Shown piece by piece: positions 12,765 through 23,996 of a stretch of DNA of 46,079 nucleotides. The position numbers were made by a program, and so were the translations under genes. The notes beneath the pieces were generated by a model. The model was not told where the DNA came from and searched no databases. It saw nothing but the letters and a program-made list of their open reading frames with translations. The stretch's first letter is position 1; every line of letters begins with the position of its first letter. The DNA is taken from assembly GCA_040143965.1 (NCBI GenBank), contig JASJQH010006900.1:1-46079 (forward strand), given 5' to 3'. This DNA comes from Basidiobolus ranarum (Eukaryota).

Positions 12765-15700
12765 TTATTCTTCATCTGGATAGTATTTTTTAAATTCGTT
12801 CACCTTCCTTCTTGCATTGTTCATTTCTTTCTCCAGTTTAAGGATAATCACTTGTTGTTCCATCTCTCGAAGCTTATGGTCTTGTAAGGATAATTTCGAT
12901 AAATCCAAGTCCTTCTCTTCCTTTTTACGTGCTGTAAATGCCTTGACAGCCTTAGCAACATCTCGGGACGCATCTGTCACTGCACGTGAAGCCAATTCTA
13001 ACTTTTCTTGTGTTTTGGAATACATGTTGGCTTTTACACGAGCTGCCGCTACTAATTGGGCAGTGGCAGTTGCAACATCGTTCGAGGCATCAATAAGTTG
13101 CTCTAAAGTATGAGTGCCATGGATTACTCCGTTTGCAACTTCAACAAGAGTATTGGTTGCTGAAGAGACACCTCTGGCTGCCGATACAAGACCCTCAGTC
13201 CAACGGTTATTCTTTTTATAATAAGCGTTTTTAGACAAAGAGCCACGTCCTTGATCGACAATTTCTTGTTGAGAAGCATGAGCACAACGAACTAAATTGA
13301 CAATAGCTTGAGTCATAGCTTTAGCAGTATCAAGTATAGCATTGTGAATTTGATAATCTGCAGTCGATACTTCAGACCTCTTTGGTTCATTTCGAAGATC
13401 GGAAAGTTTCACAGTAGCCTCTTCTACAGTACGAGCAGCATTCAACATTTCCCGCTCGACTAGAGCTGCCAAATCCTCTTGACCGGCAGTATGGGAATCC
13501 TTAGGTAAAAGTGATTCGATCAACTGAATAAGTCTATTTAAAGCGACCTGGATGTTATGATTGCCTCTGGCTATATCGTCTGGACGCTTGGCCTCGGGAG
13601 AAGCCAGAATATTGAAAGATAACATATCGGTGAAAAATTTCTCTGCTGCTTCGGCTGAAAACTGTCCAGAACGGATTATCTCTTCAACCTGATCATCTTC
13701 ATCAGCAAGTCGGGTTACACCTTTAACATGGTTGAGAAGCTGGGATACAGCTTCAGCAAAGGCTGTGGCCGTATTGATGACTGATATTTGATCTTCGAAA
13801 TCGGTGAGATATTGCAAGTAACCGATAGCAAATTCACTAGATGTAATGTATGCACGCTCCACCATCGAGAGGACGTATTGTGCAGTAGCGGATTGATTTC
13901 CTTGGCTAGCAGGCGAAGTGAGCTCAAAAGCAGCATCATTCAATTTTTTGATACAACTGCGAAACACCGAATCTGGAAGTGGAATACTGGACTTTAGTTC
14001 CTATACATCGAAAATCACACATTCATGCAAATGTCACAAACCCAAGATGCTATGAAGCTTGGCAGACTGTTCATCGTGAAGTGACCCAACGAGTTTCTGA
14101 AGCTCAGACTCGGTAGCATAGGTTGTCTATAGGACATGTTGCACGTTAGTTTGATACACCATCATTGGTGTTATGAATAGCTGAACTTACATCTTGTAGT
14201 GAAGCTAAAGCCATCAAACTCTGGTCCATACCAGCTTGTAGGATAGCAATTTCCTCTTCTTTAGCCTAAAACCATCGCTTAGTCATCAATAGATTTGAAG
14301 AGGACTGTTTCACATTACTTACTGATGTCATTTTATCTAGCTCATTCTTGACGATTTCCCAATCTTTAGCGATACCTTCTTCAGCTTCACGCTTGTCCTA
14401 ATGCGAGCGAAATGTTATCATCGGCAATCAAGTACAAACCATATGAAATCTGATACTAACACGAAGAACTTCTTCCAATTCATTTTGTTCTTGTTCGAAC
14501 CTTTTACGCATATCATACAATTCTCCTCCAGTCGACTAAAGCAAACGAAATTCTAGACCTCTTCATACATAACAATGACGTGCTGGAATGCTTTACCTCC
14601 ATCAACTTCTCAATCTTAGCCTTGGTTTCTTCCAACTCACGTTTCATTCGTTCCAATTCTCCAGAATCAGACTGATACAAACTGTTTAGTACGTATTACT
14701 AGATTTCATCCAATCTTTCTTTACTCACCCCACGCAAACGTTCTAGCTCGTCCTTGGCCCGATCGCGCTCACGCATCATGTCCATCAATTCGGTGTTCTT
14801 TGCCTATAGATTAAAGTTCAAAATGCCTGCATAAATCGCATGAATGCAATCAAATAAGACTTGTTCCGGATTTACCTTCAACTCCGATTGCAGACGATCA
14901 AATTTGTAAGTGGCTTCAGTAGCGGCGCTAGCTTTAAGATTCACTAGCTTGACTTTGCCTAAAAGCTCAAGGTGCTCTTGACGAAGTTTTGCATAGAATT
15001 TGGCAAGGGCTTCATACTTGGCTTTCCATTCAGCGATTTCATCTAATTTGCTTTCCGCCGTTAATCAGATGTCTGAAGTTGGAGAAATAAGTTGGGGATT
15101 ACCTTGAAGTTGCTTAATCAAAGCATCCAAATCGCCGTCACTTCGTTGTTGCGAAAGACCGATTCTCGCCAGTTCATTTTCTAAAGCTTTAACACGCTAA
15201 ATACTCGTCATTAGTGATGTTGTAAACACTCCATAATGCTCTATGACCCTTCCTTTTACCTGATCGTACTGTGACATAAGCGTCATATCACGCTCTTGTT
15301 GATTACGATAGTTCATAATTTCACGCTCAAGCTCACTATATCGGTTCTGGGCCTGCTCTTGTAATTGCCTTTCTCGTAGGAGACGTTGTTGCTCTTCCTG
15401 TTCCCTTTGCAGGGCAAGTAGTCTCTCTTGCTCCTCTCGAGGATCGACCTCTGGTACTTGAGGTGGTGGTGTAACTTGACGAGGAGGTAAACGAGGAGCA
15501 GAACTAGGACTTTGAGCAAGGAAATTTGGAGGATCCTAAAAATATGAGGACATTGTGTCAAACAGGATTCACTACAAGAATCAAAACCAAAACCCTACTT
15601 GTGGTAACTTGGGGATAGTGATCAAACTGGTAAGATACTTAATAGTAGAGCATTCATGATAGAATTGTCTCAAGGAGTAATGCTGAGCATTGAAGCGAGA

Positions 15701-16726
15701 ACGTAGTGGTTCAAGAGGTTCATGTGATTCGATGCCTGTTATCATAATATTGAAATAATTTAGGAACATTGTATATATATATATCTACAGAAATATAACT
15801 AATAGAGGGTTTGAATAAGTCACTTACGTCGATGCATAGCCATCAACATCCTGGTGGCGAACTCATAAATACCATAGCTTTCTTCTACTAAAGGTACCAA
15901 AGCCGAAATTCGACACTCGTTATCCGAAATTGGACGGAAAGTTCGAAAGATAAGTTTCTGGAACCTATCAATTCGATCTTGCAAGTTCATAAGATCGGCA
16001 ATAGTCTCATAACTATCGAATATGAAGATATTAAGTAAGGCAGAAACACTTTGAATCCAGGTCATTTGCAAAGCGGCAAATGTTACGAACGAAAGAACTT
16101 ACCCTTCATTAGGATCATCTACACCTTTTACACTCACGTAATCCTCATAGTCGAAATTTCCATTGAACTCCGGATGTAAACGATGATAATCAAGTTTTGC
16201 AATAATGAAATCAACATATGCCCGGATAAGAACACCATATCCTTTGAAACTGTCTTGGGCAAACGATTGGCTCAACACTTCCAGAAACCCAAGCTCATTC
16301 ATGGCTTCACGTAGAGCCTAAGTTGAAGAATGTTCGTACTTCTTTTATTGTTTCTTTAAGTCGATTCCTTTAAATATACGTTTAGTGCTTACCACTGGGT
16401 GACCACCGCGAAGAACCTTGTGGATGGTGATTAGAGCTTTGAAGCATTGAACCTCATCAGCTAACAATGGTTGGACTTTCAAACCCATCCAAAAAGATTG
16501 GGAACTCTTTGAATCCCAGGTGTACACAATGCAACCTTAACAAGAACATGTATCAGTTATTACAAATGATAGCAAAAAATAAAACTGAAAGAGACTTGGT
16601 GCGTTATTACTTACTTCTCACATGCTTTTGTTTAGGTGCAGTCTCATCGGCGTTCACCGCCTTTTTGATATTCATTGCGAGCTCATGCTCGACTTTATCT
16701 CTATCTGCATGACGCGTTGTAGCCAT
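12765..16726 (-). CDS. SLA2: Sla2/End4/HIP1-like endocytic adaptor (ANTH, coiled coil, I/LWEQ talin-like domain), multi-exon
   Basis: The N-terminus has ETAPKQKHVR.CIVYTWD and ECRISALVPLVEESYGIY. The C-terminus has YYKKNNRWTEGLVSAA, TAQLVAAARVKA and EMEQQVIILKLEKEM. Confidence 0.95.
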
Positions 16727-16950
16727 CTTGTATTATGACAGAGAGTGCTAACGAACTATATCTAATCAATAATATTCCTCGGTTCGACGAATATATCGTT
16801 CGAGCTGTATATTCCAAATGAACCAATGAAATTCATTCAAATAATCTTCATTCATTTCATAGCGTTTCGATCACCTGACTTGATAATTCTTACGGTCACA
16901 ATAATCATTTAGAAAAGACAAAACCCTACTACTATATCGCCTACGTTTGT

Positions 16951-17172
16951 ATGAGTGCGACTCAAGTAAAGTTTGATAAAGATTGTACACAATTAGAAAA
17001 AGCTTTTAACTCATGCTTTGAAACGTGGTATTCTGAAGATTTTCTTAAAGGTAATACTGAACCTAATCCACAATGCGAAAAGATCTTTCAAGAATTTATT
17101 CAGTGTGCCAGCCTGCGTTCCATATGCTCTTTACTGGTATCTGATGCTAGGTGCTCCAACGATGAAAAGTAA
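16951..17172 (+). CDS. MDM35: Mdm35/TRIAP1-family twin-Cys mitochondrial intermembrane-space protein
   Basis: C-x9-C...C-x9-C spacing and the motif CF..WYSE.FLKG. Head-to-head with SLA2, with start codons ~225 bp apart. Confidence 0.8.
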   Translation: MSATQVKFDKDCTQLEKAFNSCFETWYSEDFLKGNTEPNPQCEKIFQEFIQCASLRSICSLLVSDARCSNDEK

Positions 17173-17893
17173 TCTCTTCATATGATTACAAGTGCAATTA
17201 TTCGTCTCGTAGTTATATTTTGTTTCTCTGCGGCCAAGTAATAAACCATTTTCCTAACTCACATACTGAATCGCTTTCTTCATATATACAACAACTCAAG
17301 ACTATGACCTGAACTCGAGGCAATTCTAGCTACCAAGTCGAAAGTAAATTACTCTGACTAAAACTTGCTTAGTATACCTTGAGTGATTAACATAAAATAT
17401 GATGAAAACACCCGATTCATTCATCTCCGTTTCATTCACTAAATAAACAATCCTAAGGCAAAATATTCTCGATCTATATATATTGGAATACCAAGATTTA
17501 ATTTTATCAATTTGATTCTCGGCTTTTATTGAGTCATATGTTAGCTTAGATCGTAATTGATTGGTTCAGGATTTTTTTTGGCCTTCTATAAGCAGACAGC
17601 CCACTATTCAGATACAGAGGATTCATGCAATCTTAGGCCCTGGCACTTTTAATTGGTGAAGCGGCGATCAAAAGAATCTACATTGAATGAATCCTACCAT
17701 TTATAGACCCATTGAGTAGTATAAAAAGTCCACCAGTATCTGTGGGAACGCAACAGATTTTCCTCAGTCCCATCATTAAACACTTGTTGATATTAAATAA
17801 AACTATCCCTTGCGAGTGATCTCTAACTCAGTTGTTTTCATTTTACTACTCGAAGATACTCTTTTACCTTCATAAAAGTCTATCTCAGTAATT

Positions 17894-18697
17894 ATGAGTG
17901 GTATTCCTCCCATCAGTTGCTTCTTTGGTGTTCCGGAATATACTGTGAACTACCCACAGAATCAACCACCAGTGGTCTCTCGAACTCTGGAAGATTCAGT
18001 ATCGTTAGATTTTACTTTGGAAGAATCCCCGAATTTTTTCAGCAATTTCAACTCTAATGACAGTCATATTCACGGGACAGCTGGCTCTATACCTGAAGAG
18101 GGTGAATTCTTCTTCGTCCCTGATGGCTATGTTCCAGTATTGATGATGGACTCTTTAGCTTCAGTGGTAGAGTATAATTTGCCCCCTGAAGCGATTCCAT
18201 TAAACCATCCAGTTTGGGTGCCTCATGATTATCCACTCCCATCCAGTCTTTCAAAGAAGATATGCCCACTAACAGGTCCTATCTCAACCGTGCCAAGAGT
18301 GCCTCCAAAAACCATCAGAAAAGAGAAGAAAACTCCTCGTCCAACCAATGCTTTTATTCTATTTCGTCGAGAAAATCATGGACGAATCTTTCAACAGAAT
18401 CCACACCTCTCCAACAACGATGTGTCCAAGACTTTGGGTAAGGAGTGGAAAGAGCTACCGGAGAATCAAAAAGAGATATATCGTCAAAAAGCTCGCAGTC
18501 TACAACAAGAGCATCAAGCAAAATATCCAGATTACAAATTTACCCCTCAACAGAACCGCCGTAAGCGCACCAAACCACCTGGAGGAGGCGAGAATGACTC
18601 AATCAATGGACAGCTGCCGGGCGTTGTATCTCATCTGCCAGATACCAATCATAACCCCTTCCACATTATTTATATTCCGCAAGTTACCAACACTTAG
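17894..18697 (+). CDS. MATA/SOX-type HMG-box transcription factor (HMG-2)
   Basis: 267-aa intronless ORF containing KTPRPTNAFILFRRENH...LSNNDVSKTLGKEWKELPENQKEIYRQKARSLQQEHQAKYPDYKFTP. TATAAAA at ~17720. Confidence 0.93.
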   Translation: MSGIPPISCFFGVPEYTVNYPQNQPPVVSRTLEDSVSLDFTLEESPNFFSNFNSNDSHIHGTAGSIPEEGEFFFVPDGYVPVLMMDSLASVVEYNLPPEAIPLNHPVWVPHDYPLPSSLSKKICPLTGPISTVPRVPPKTIRKEKKTPRPTNAFILFRRENHGRIFQQNPHLSNNDVSKTLGKEWKELPENQKEIYRQKARSLQQEHQAKYPDYKFTPQQNRRKRTKPPGGGENDSINGQLPGVVSHLPDTNHNPFHIIYIPQVTNT

Positions 18698-19444
18698 GAG
18701 AAACATTTGTCTATGAGCTAGAACTTATCACATACTTAGCCAATGATATTAATGCTGAACTTGTCAGAACTTTCAATGATTTTGTTGTCAGCAATAATGA
18801 GCCTAATTCCCCACGAGTTACTTACTCAGCATTCTATTTCATATTTACCTTATTTCTTAACCAGAATGTATAGAAGCTTTTATTTTATTCTTATCCCGTC
18901 TCTTCCCATACCCATACCTTTGGCGATAATCTTGTACATGTATCTTTGAAGGGAAGTAACTGAAGTAAATATTCCTTAATATTGATCAAAATCTAGAATG
19001 CAACCAAATGAAGTATCATTTGCAGAGTTTATTCGAACGCTGCAGTTTATTCGTTACACGGCGCATTCACAACCCTTATTATGATTGTTCGAATATAAGC
19101 ACCCAGAAATAAACTCACCCCAACGAATCAACATTAGTATTCTGTGTGGAACCCAATCTGACAGTTCAAATATATTACTCATAATGAGATCAATAGAAGT
19201 ACCGCCCAGCCTAACTCTACTAATCCGGTAACATTGAAGCAATTCCACATTTTCCCGCTCATCGGTTCCACATCGGGTAAATCACTTCAGAAAGTGTACC
19301 ATTGGTTAAATTACTCCAAGCCAACTGGATCTGATGATACTGGAGGTCTACCAATCAACCATTACGTCCACAGGTGGAGTCCAAAGCTGCCAAACCACCG
19401 ACTGTAAACACCCAAAGACGACACCAGTTTAATCATTTATTTTG

Positions 19445-19490
19445 TCAAGCAGCGTAATCATCAAGCAGCGTAATCATCAAGCAGCGTAAT
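19445..19490. repeat. Tandem repeat, about 3 copies of TCAAGCAGCGTAATCA (16 bp)
   Basis: Read directly: two exact copies and a 14-nt third copy. Confidence 0.9.
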
Positions 19491-19782
19491 TATTTAACAC
19501 TGAGAATTTGATGGTGTCTTTTTCCTTCAACATCTCCATCAGTGTGGGAAAAGGGGTGACTTGTTTTTGGGAATTCTTGTGAAACCTTCCATTTCGAAGA
19601 CTGGCAATGGTATATATTACTCCACTAAAAATGTTGACTCATTTAGATGAGCCTCGGCCATCTATCATCGCTACATATGTTCTTGACCGTTATCACGATA
19701 AGAGGTCATTTATAAGATAATAGCAGAGTAAGATCAAACGAGTGTGTCCAGATAAGGGTAAGGGATGTAGTTGAATGGGATA

Positions 19783-19816
19783 ATCAGTGCTAACAAAAGA
19801 TCAGTGCTAACAAAAG
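19783..19816. repeat. Tandem duplication of ATCAGTGCTAACAAAAG (17 bp x2)
   Basis: Read directly in the sequence. Confidence 0.85.
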
Positions 19817-20045
19817 AAAGATCAACAATAGTGAACAGATGTGCGACAGGACTAGGGTTAGGGGAACTCATACAAAAGAAATAATTAAAGTACATCATAC
19901 GCCAGGATGAACTCACAAATAAAGAATATAGCAATTTTTGGACAATATATGCAGGAATCATTAAGGTGATCGTGAAATTATTGCAATATAGTAATGGTGG
20001 TTGTACGACTGTTTTCTAGTATTAGACCATACTGAAACAAACCAC

Positions 20046-20528
20046 TTAGCGGAATAAGGCTCTTTCTTCGTTGTCAATATTTTGCCAAATGCTCATGATA
20101 ATGCGTGAAGCCTCTTCGCCGTTAATATTACACTTGACCAACTCTTCCATCTTGGAGGAGTAGAAGTTGGAGTAAGCCTCCTGCATACCTTCTAATTCCA
20201 ATGCAGGTGAAGGAACCGACATAGTAACATGCTTAAAACTCTTGATTGGAGCAGGTACATGCGGTACTTGATTGCGACTTTCCGAAGGTAAATAAGCAGT
20301 TAAAGAAGTGGGAAGATTATTCCCGCCTTCATTCTTAAACTCAGACAACTTCTCCTGACTAACCAACAGAGGGCGATAACCACGAGGAATGTAGTATATT
20401 TTCCCCTCTCGACATTCGGAGAGAAGTGTGTTGATGTGTGAAGAGGGTCGAGAAATATTTAGATTGATGTCCTTCTTCATGGGTTGAGTTGCTTGGTTAG
20501 ATCTCTCCAAAGCAATTTGAGCATTCAT
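20046..20528 (-). CDS. Degenerate, C-terminally truncated HMG-box-like protein (HMG-3), probable paralogue of HMG-2
   Basis: The C-terminal AYSNFYSSKMEELVKCNINGEEASRIIMSIWQNIDNEERALFR aligns by eye to HMG helices 1-3 (compare EVSRIIGKMWKNISVEEKRKY in HMG-1). It shares EGKIYYIPRGYRPLLV with EGEFFFVPDGYVPVLM of HMG-2. Confidence 0.65.
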   Translation of the reverse strand: MNAQIALERSNQATQPMKKDINLNISRPSSHINTLLSECREGKIYYIPRGYRPLLVSQEKLSEFKNEGGNNLPTSLTAYLPSESRNQVPHVPAPIKSFKHVTMSVPSPALELEGMQEAYSNFYSSKMEELVKCNINGEEASRIIMSIWQNIDNEERALFR

Positions 20529-21316
20529 GACTATGTTTGAATATTAAAATGGTGGTTGGTATTAAAGGAATAATGTTTGGGAGAGAAAATGACTACGGTT
20601 TTGTACAGTTATGGTGTATCCTACTATTGTAAGTATAGCGCTAAAGTAAAGCTAATGGAATTGGCCACATAAAATGATTCAAGTTTACAGTCAAGAAACC
20701 TGTGCATGGCTTTTATGAATTGTTAGCATCCACAATCCCATTATCCAATCCCATTCATAGATTTCTCTTATTACCTTAAATAGCTCTAGAGATCAATTAC
20801 AATTGTTCGCTTGAGTCATTGGTTGATATCTCGGACGATCAAGGATAAGAGATTGGTGACTGACATATCGAGAGAATGATAACGATGGGGATGCAGAATA
20901 GTTAAGATAGATGGAATCCCATTTGAGAGCGAATCAGCATTGTTTCACACATAATGGTGACTTTGGCGGACGTTAGAATTTCCATTACGAGTTTGATCAT
21001 TATTAAAGATGCTTCCAATTAGTGGATGTTAGTAACACCTTGCCCGTAACATTATTATATGCAGCAATAGCTTCTTGGGTGACCCACCACGTGACCTAGG
21101 GTTCAGACTTCATGTCAAAAGATATCTAATAAACAGGTGGATTTATTGATGATAAAATAACTCAATTTTTTTATTGCTCGGCTTTATATTTAGTGTTGAG
21201 GAACTGGGGAGAAGAAAATCATAAAATAGAAAATTACTAACCCTCAGATTAGGGAAAGTCCATTTGGGATCCTACAGACATATCCATCTGAGGAAGTTTG
21301 ACTGAAGTAACTAAAC

Positions 21317-22948
21317 TTAGTTGGCTTCAGGTGATCGTCTAGGCGATACAGATCGACGATTGTTGGGAGACATACTACGACGAGGAGATAAGTCACGCTT
21401 AGGGGAACGACTAGGGCGAGGAGACATATCGCGTTGAGGAGAACGGCTACGACGAGGGGACATATCGCGTCTAGGAGAGCGACTACGACGAGGGGACAAT
21501 TCACGGCTACCGCGAGGTGACATATCACGTGGAGCAGACATACGAGGTGATGCGCTACGCTCACCAGAACGTGATCTTCTACGAGAGCTACTACGAGGTT
21601 TGGGAGATCTACTTAAAGAGCGACTATATCTAGAGCGTGAGCGAGAATTGGAACGGGAGCGAGAACGATATCTTCTTGGAGATCTACTACGTCTAGGTGA
21701 GCGAGATCTAGAAGAGGGTCTTCCCCGAGCGCCACCTGGACCTCCAGCGCCACCTGCACCTCCACCCCTTCAAAGTGAACTCCAGTTAGACTTCTTGTAA
21801 AATAAAGCAATAGATAATAATTGATAGGTTATGAACATGTGTTCAAAATAAACCATGACAACTCGCTAATAACTATTGTTAAAAAAAGATTAACTTACCG
21901 GCAATCTCTAGCTTTATGGCCAGTTTCACCGCAAGAGCTAACAAAAAAATATCAGTATCTACCATATGCATACAATTATACTAAAGTTGGTCGTACAAGC
22001 AACGGTTTTCTTCATATCTATACATGCAAATAGTTAGTTTTGAATGTTAAAAGATAATAACGCAATGTGTTGATAAGTTACCTTCTAGAGCGAACACCTC
22101 TGTATATGAAATAAGAAGAATGAAAAGTTAGAATATATCGTCACGAGGAAAGGTAGTGAAATTCTATTCTGACCTGCCAGGGGGATCGGGACAATCTCTA
22201 GCCCTGTTGAGTTAGAGTTTTCAATTTAGTATTATGAAGAAAGTAATGACTTGATATTTGGCTTGGACAGATATAAGCCAAGATTTAAGTCTACTAACCA
22301 ATGACCTACGACAATAATAAGGTTATGTTACTATGCAAACAAAAAAACCCACCAACATTTCAACTACATACCACCATTTCCACAGTTGAAGCAGCGCTCC
22401 CCGCCTTTCTCTTTCTCTTCAGTACGACGACCACCTTTGGCAGCCTCAACGATAATTCTTTCGCCTTCAAGCTTATAACCATCCAAAGCTCTCACAGCAT
22501 CATCGGCATCTACAAATCGAATAAGTCTAAGTTAAAAAAAAGAAATGGTATTTGATTATTGCCCTAAAATCAAATAGCAACCTCTGTCATCGTCGAATTC
22601 GACGAACGCAAAAGAGCTCTAATATGTAAAGTTAGTGCTAACTCACGGGTAAAATTAAATCTTTGACTATATAGCGCTAAATAAATACCTTCATATCAAT
22701 TCGTCTAACTCTTCCATATTTAGAGAACATGTCGTCTAGATCACGTTCGCGGACGTAACGCGATAAGTGGCCTGGCAATGTGAACAATAAAAGTAAGAGA
22801 TCAGCATGTCTGGTAGATCAATGATAAATAGTTTGATAGAAAATGGGATGAAATGGGATAAAAGAGAGGTAAAACTACCGATCTACGCACCAACATAAAC
22901 TCTAGTGTTGCCACGACGGCGATCATCTCTCGAATCGTAGTTTGACAT
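21317..22948 (-). CDS. SR splicing factor: RRM, two CCHC zinc knuckles and an RS/SP-rich tail (about 9 exons)
   Basis: Spliced translation TRVYVGHLSRYVRERDLDDMFSKYG...FAFVEFDDDRDADDAVRALDG...CFNCGNGGHWARDC...CFSCGETGHKARDC...RSRSPRR repeats. Confidence 0.88.
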
Positions 22949-23996
22949 TTCCTTTTTGAATTTATCTTCTCAAATAGAAAACCCACAAAAAAATAAGTGG
23001 ATATAGAAAGAATAAAACTCGAAGAGTGATTAAGAGAGTGGACAAAAAGTGATAGTCCTTCGGACTGTTGTAGGGAATGCTTTTCTTAGTCTCGAAAAAT
23101 CCATAATACTCAACTTTTTCTCCCATCACCTGACCCGGGATGACCAGAACTTTTAGAATAGAAATTAGGGCAGTAACCAAAAAATTTTAAAGGGTCATGA
23201 TCAATGGATAGAATCATCCAACAACACACCAAGATAATAACAATAGACCGTCATTACAGCTTGGTTAACAAACGACCAGCTAATAATAATAAGCCAACTG
23301 TTGGTCGGTTACTGACTGAATTCTACTCGCTCTTCAGAAGTGATAGGAAGTCCTCAACGCATACAAACAATTGCTCTACTATTAATAAATATTAATTAAA
23401 CATGTGGCTTATAGAGCAGAAAATCGTATCAATGCTACGTATTTTCACTCGGATTCTTGTAGCAGTTGTGCTGACCGACAAACAAATCTTATTTCAACTA
23501 CGATTGGCCACTACACCTTTGAGGTTCACTTCCCAATTGGACATCTGGATTTTTTCAGCATGTAATACTGAGATCATTGGGTGAATTATTAACCCCAACC
23601 CCACTGCAGCACCTTTCAACCCTAACACTTACACAGGAAAAGTTTATTGCGGGAGATTGCACTTGGATTCTATTCCATTATGATTGCACTTTCAATTAAT
23701 ATATGCTCTACCTATAACGGATTAGAGAGAGTATATGTGGAGGGTGTATCTCGATCATATCCTTATTTAGAATATATCAAAGTAAAATTTGGCATACAAT
23801 CATACAGTAGTGTGGCCCAATGAATATGAAGTATCAAAAAAAATCTCACTTATACCTAAATATTCCTAATCCTTATACTTGTTAGCTCAAGTTTGATTCC
23901 CCCTATTCTTTAACTGCGCTTTTTCGAGTGGTATTAGTTTCGTTAGAAAGTTGAATTTCCTTAATTTGACCACATTAACTAGCCTGGTAGTCTTCA

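Noticed and set aside
19445-19490. CRISPR-like array
   Set aside because: The repeats are contiguous with no spacers, and the context is eukaryotic.
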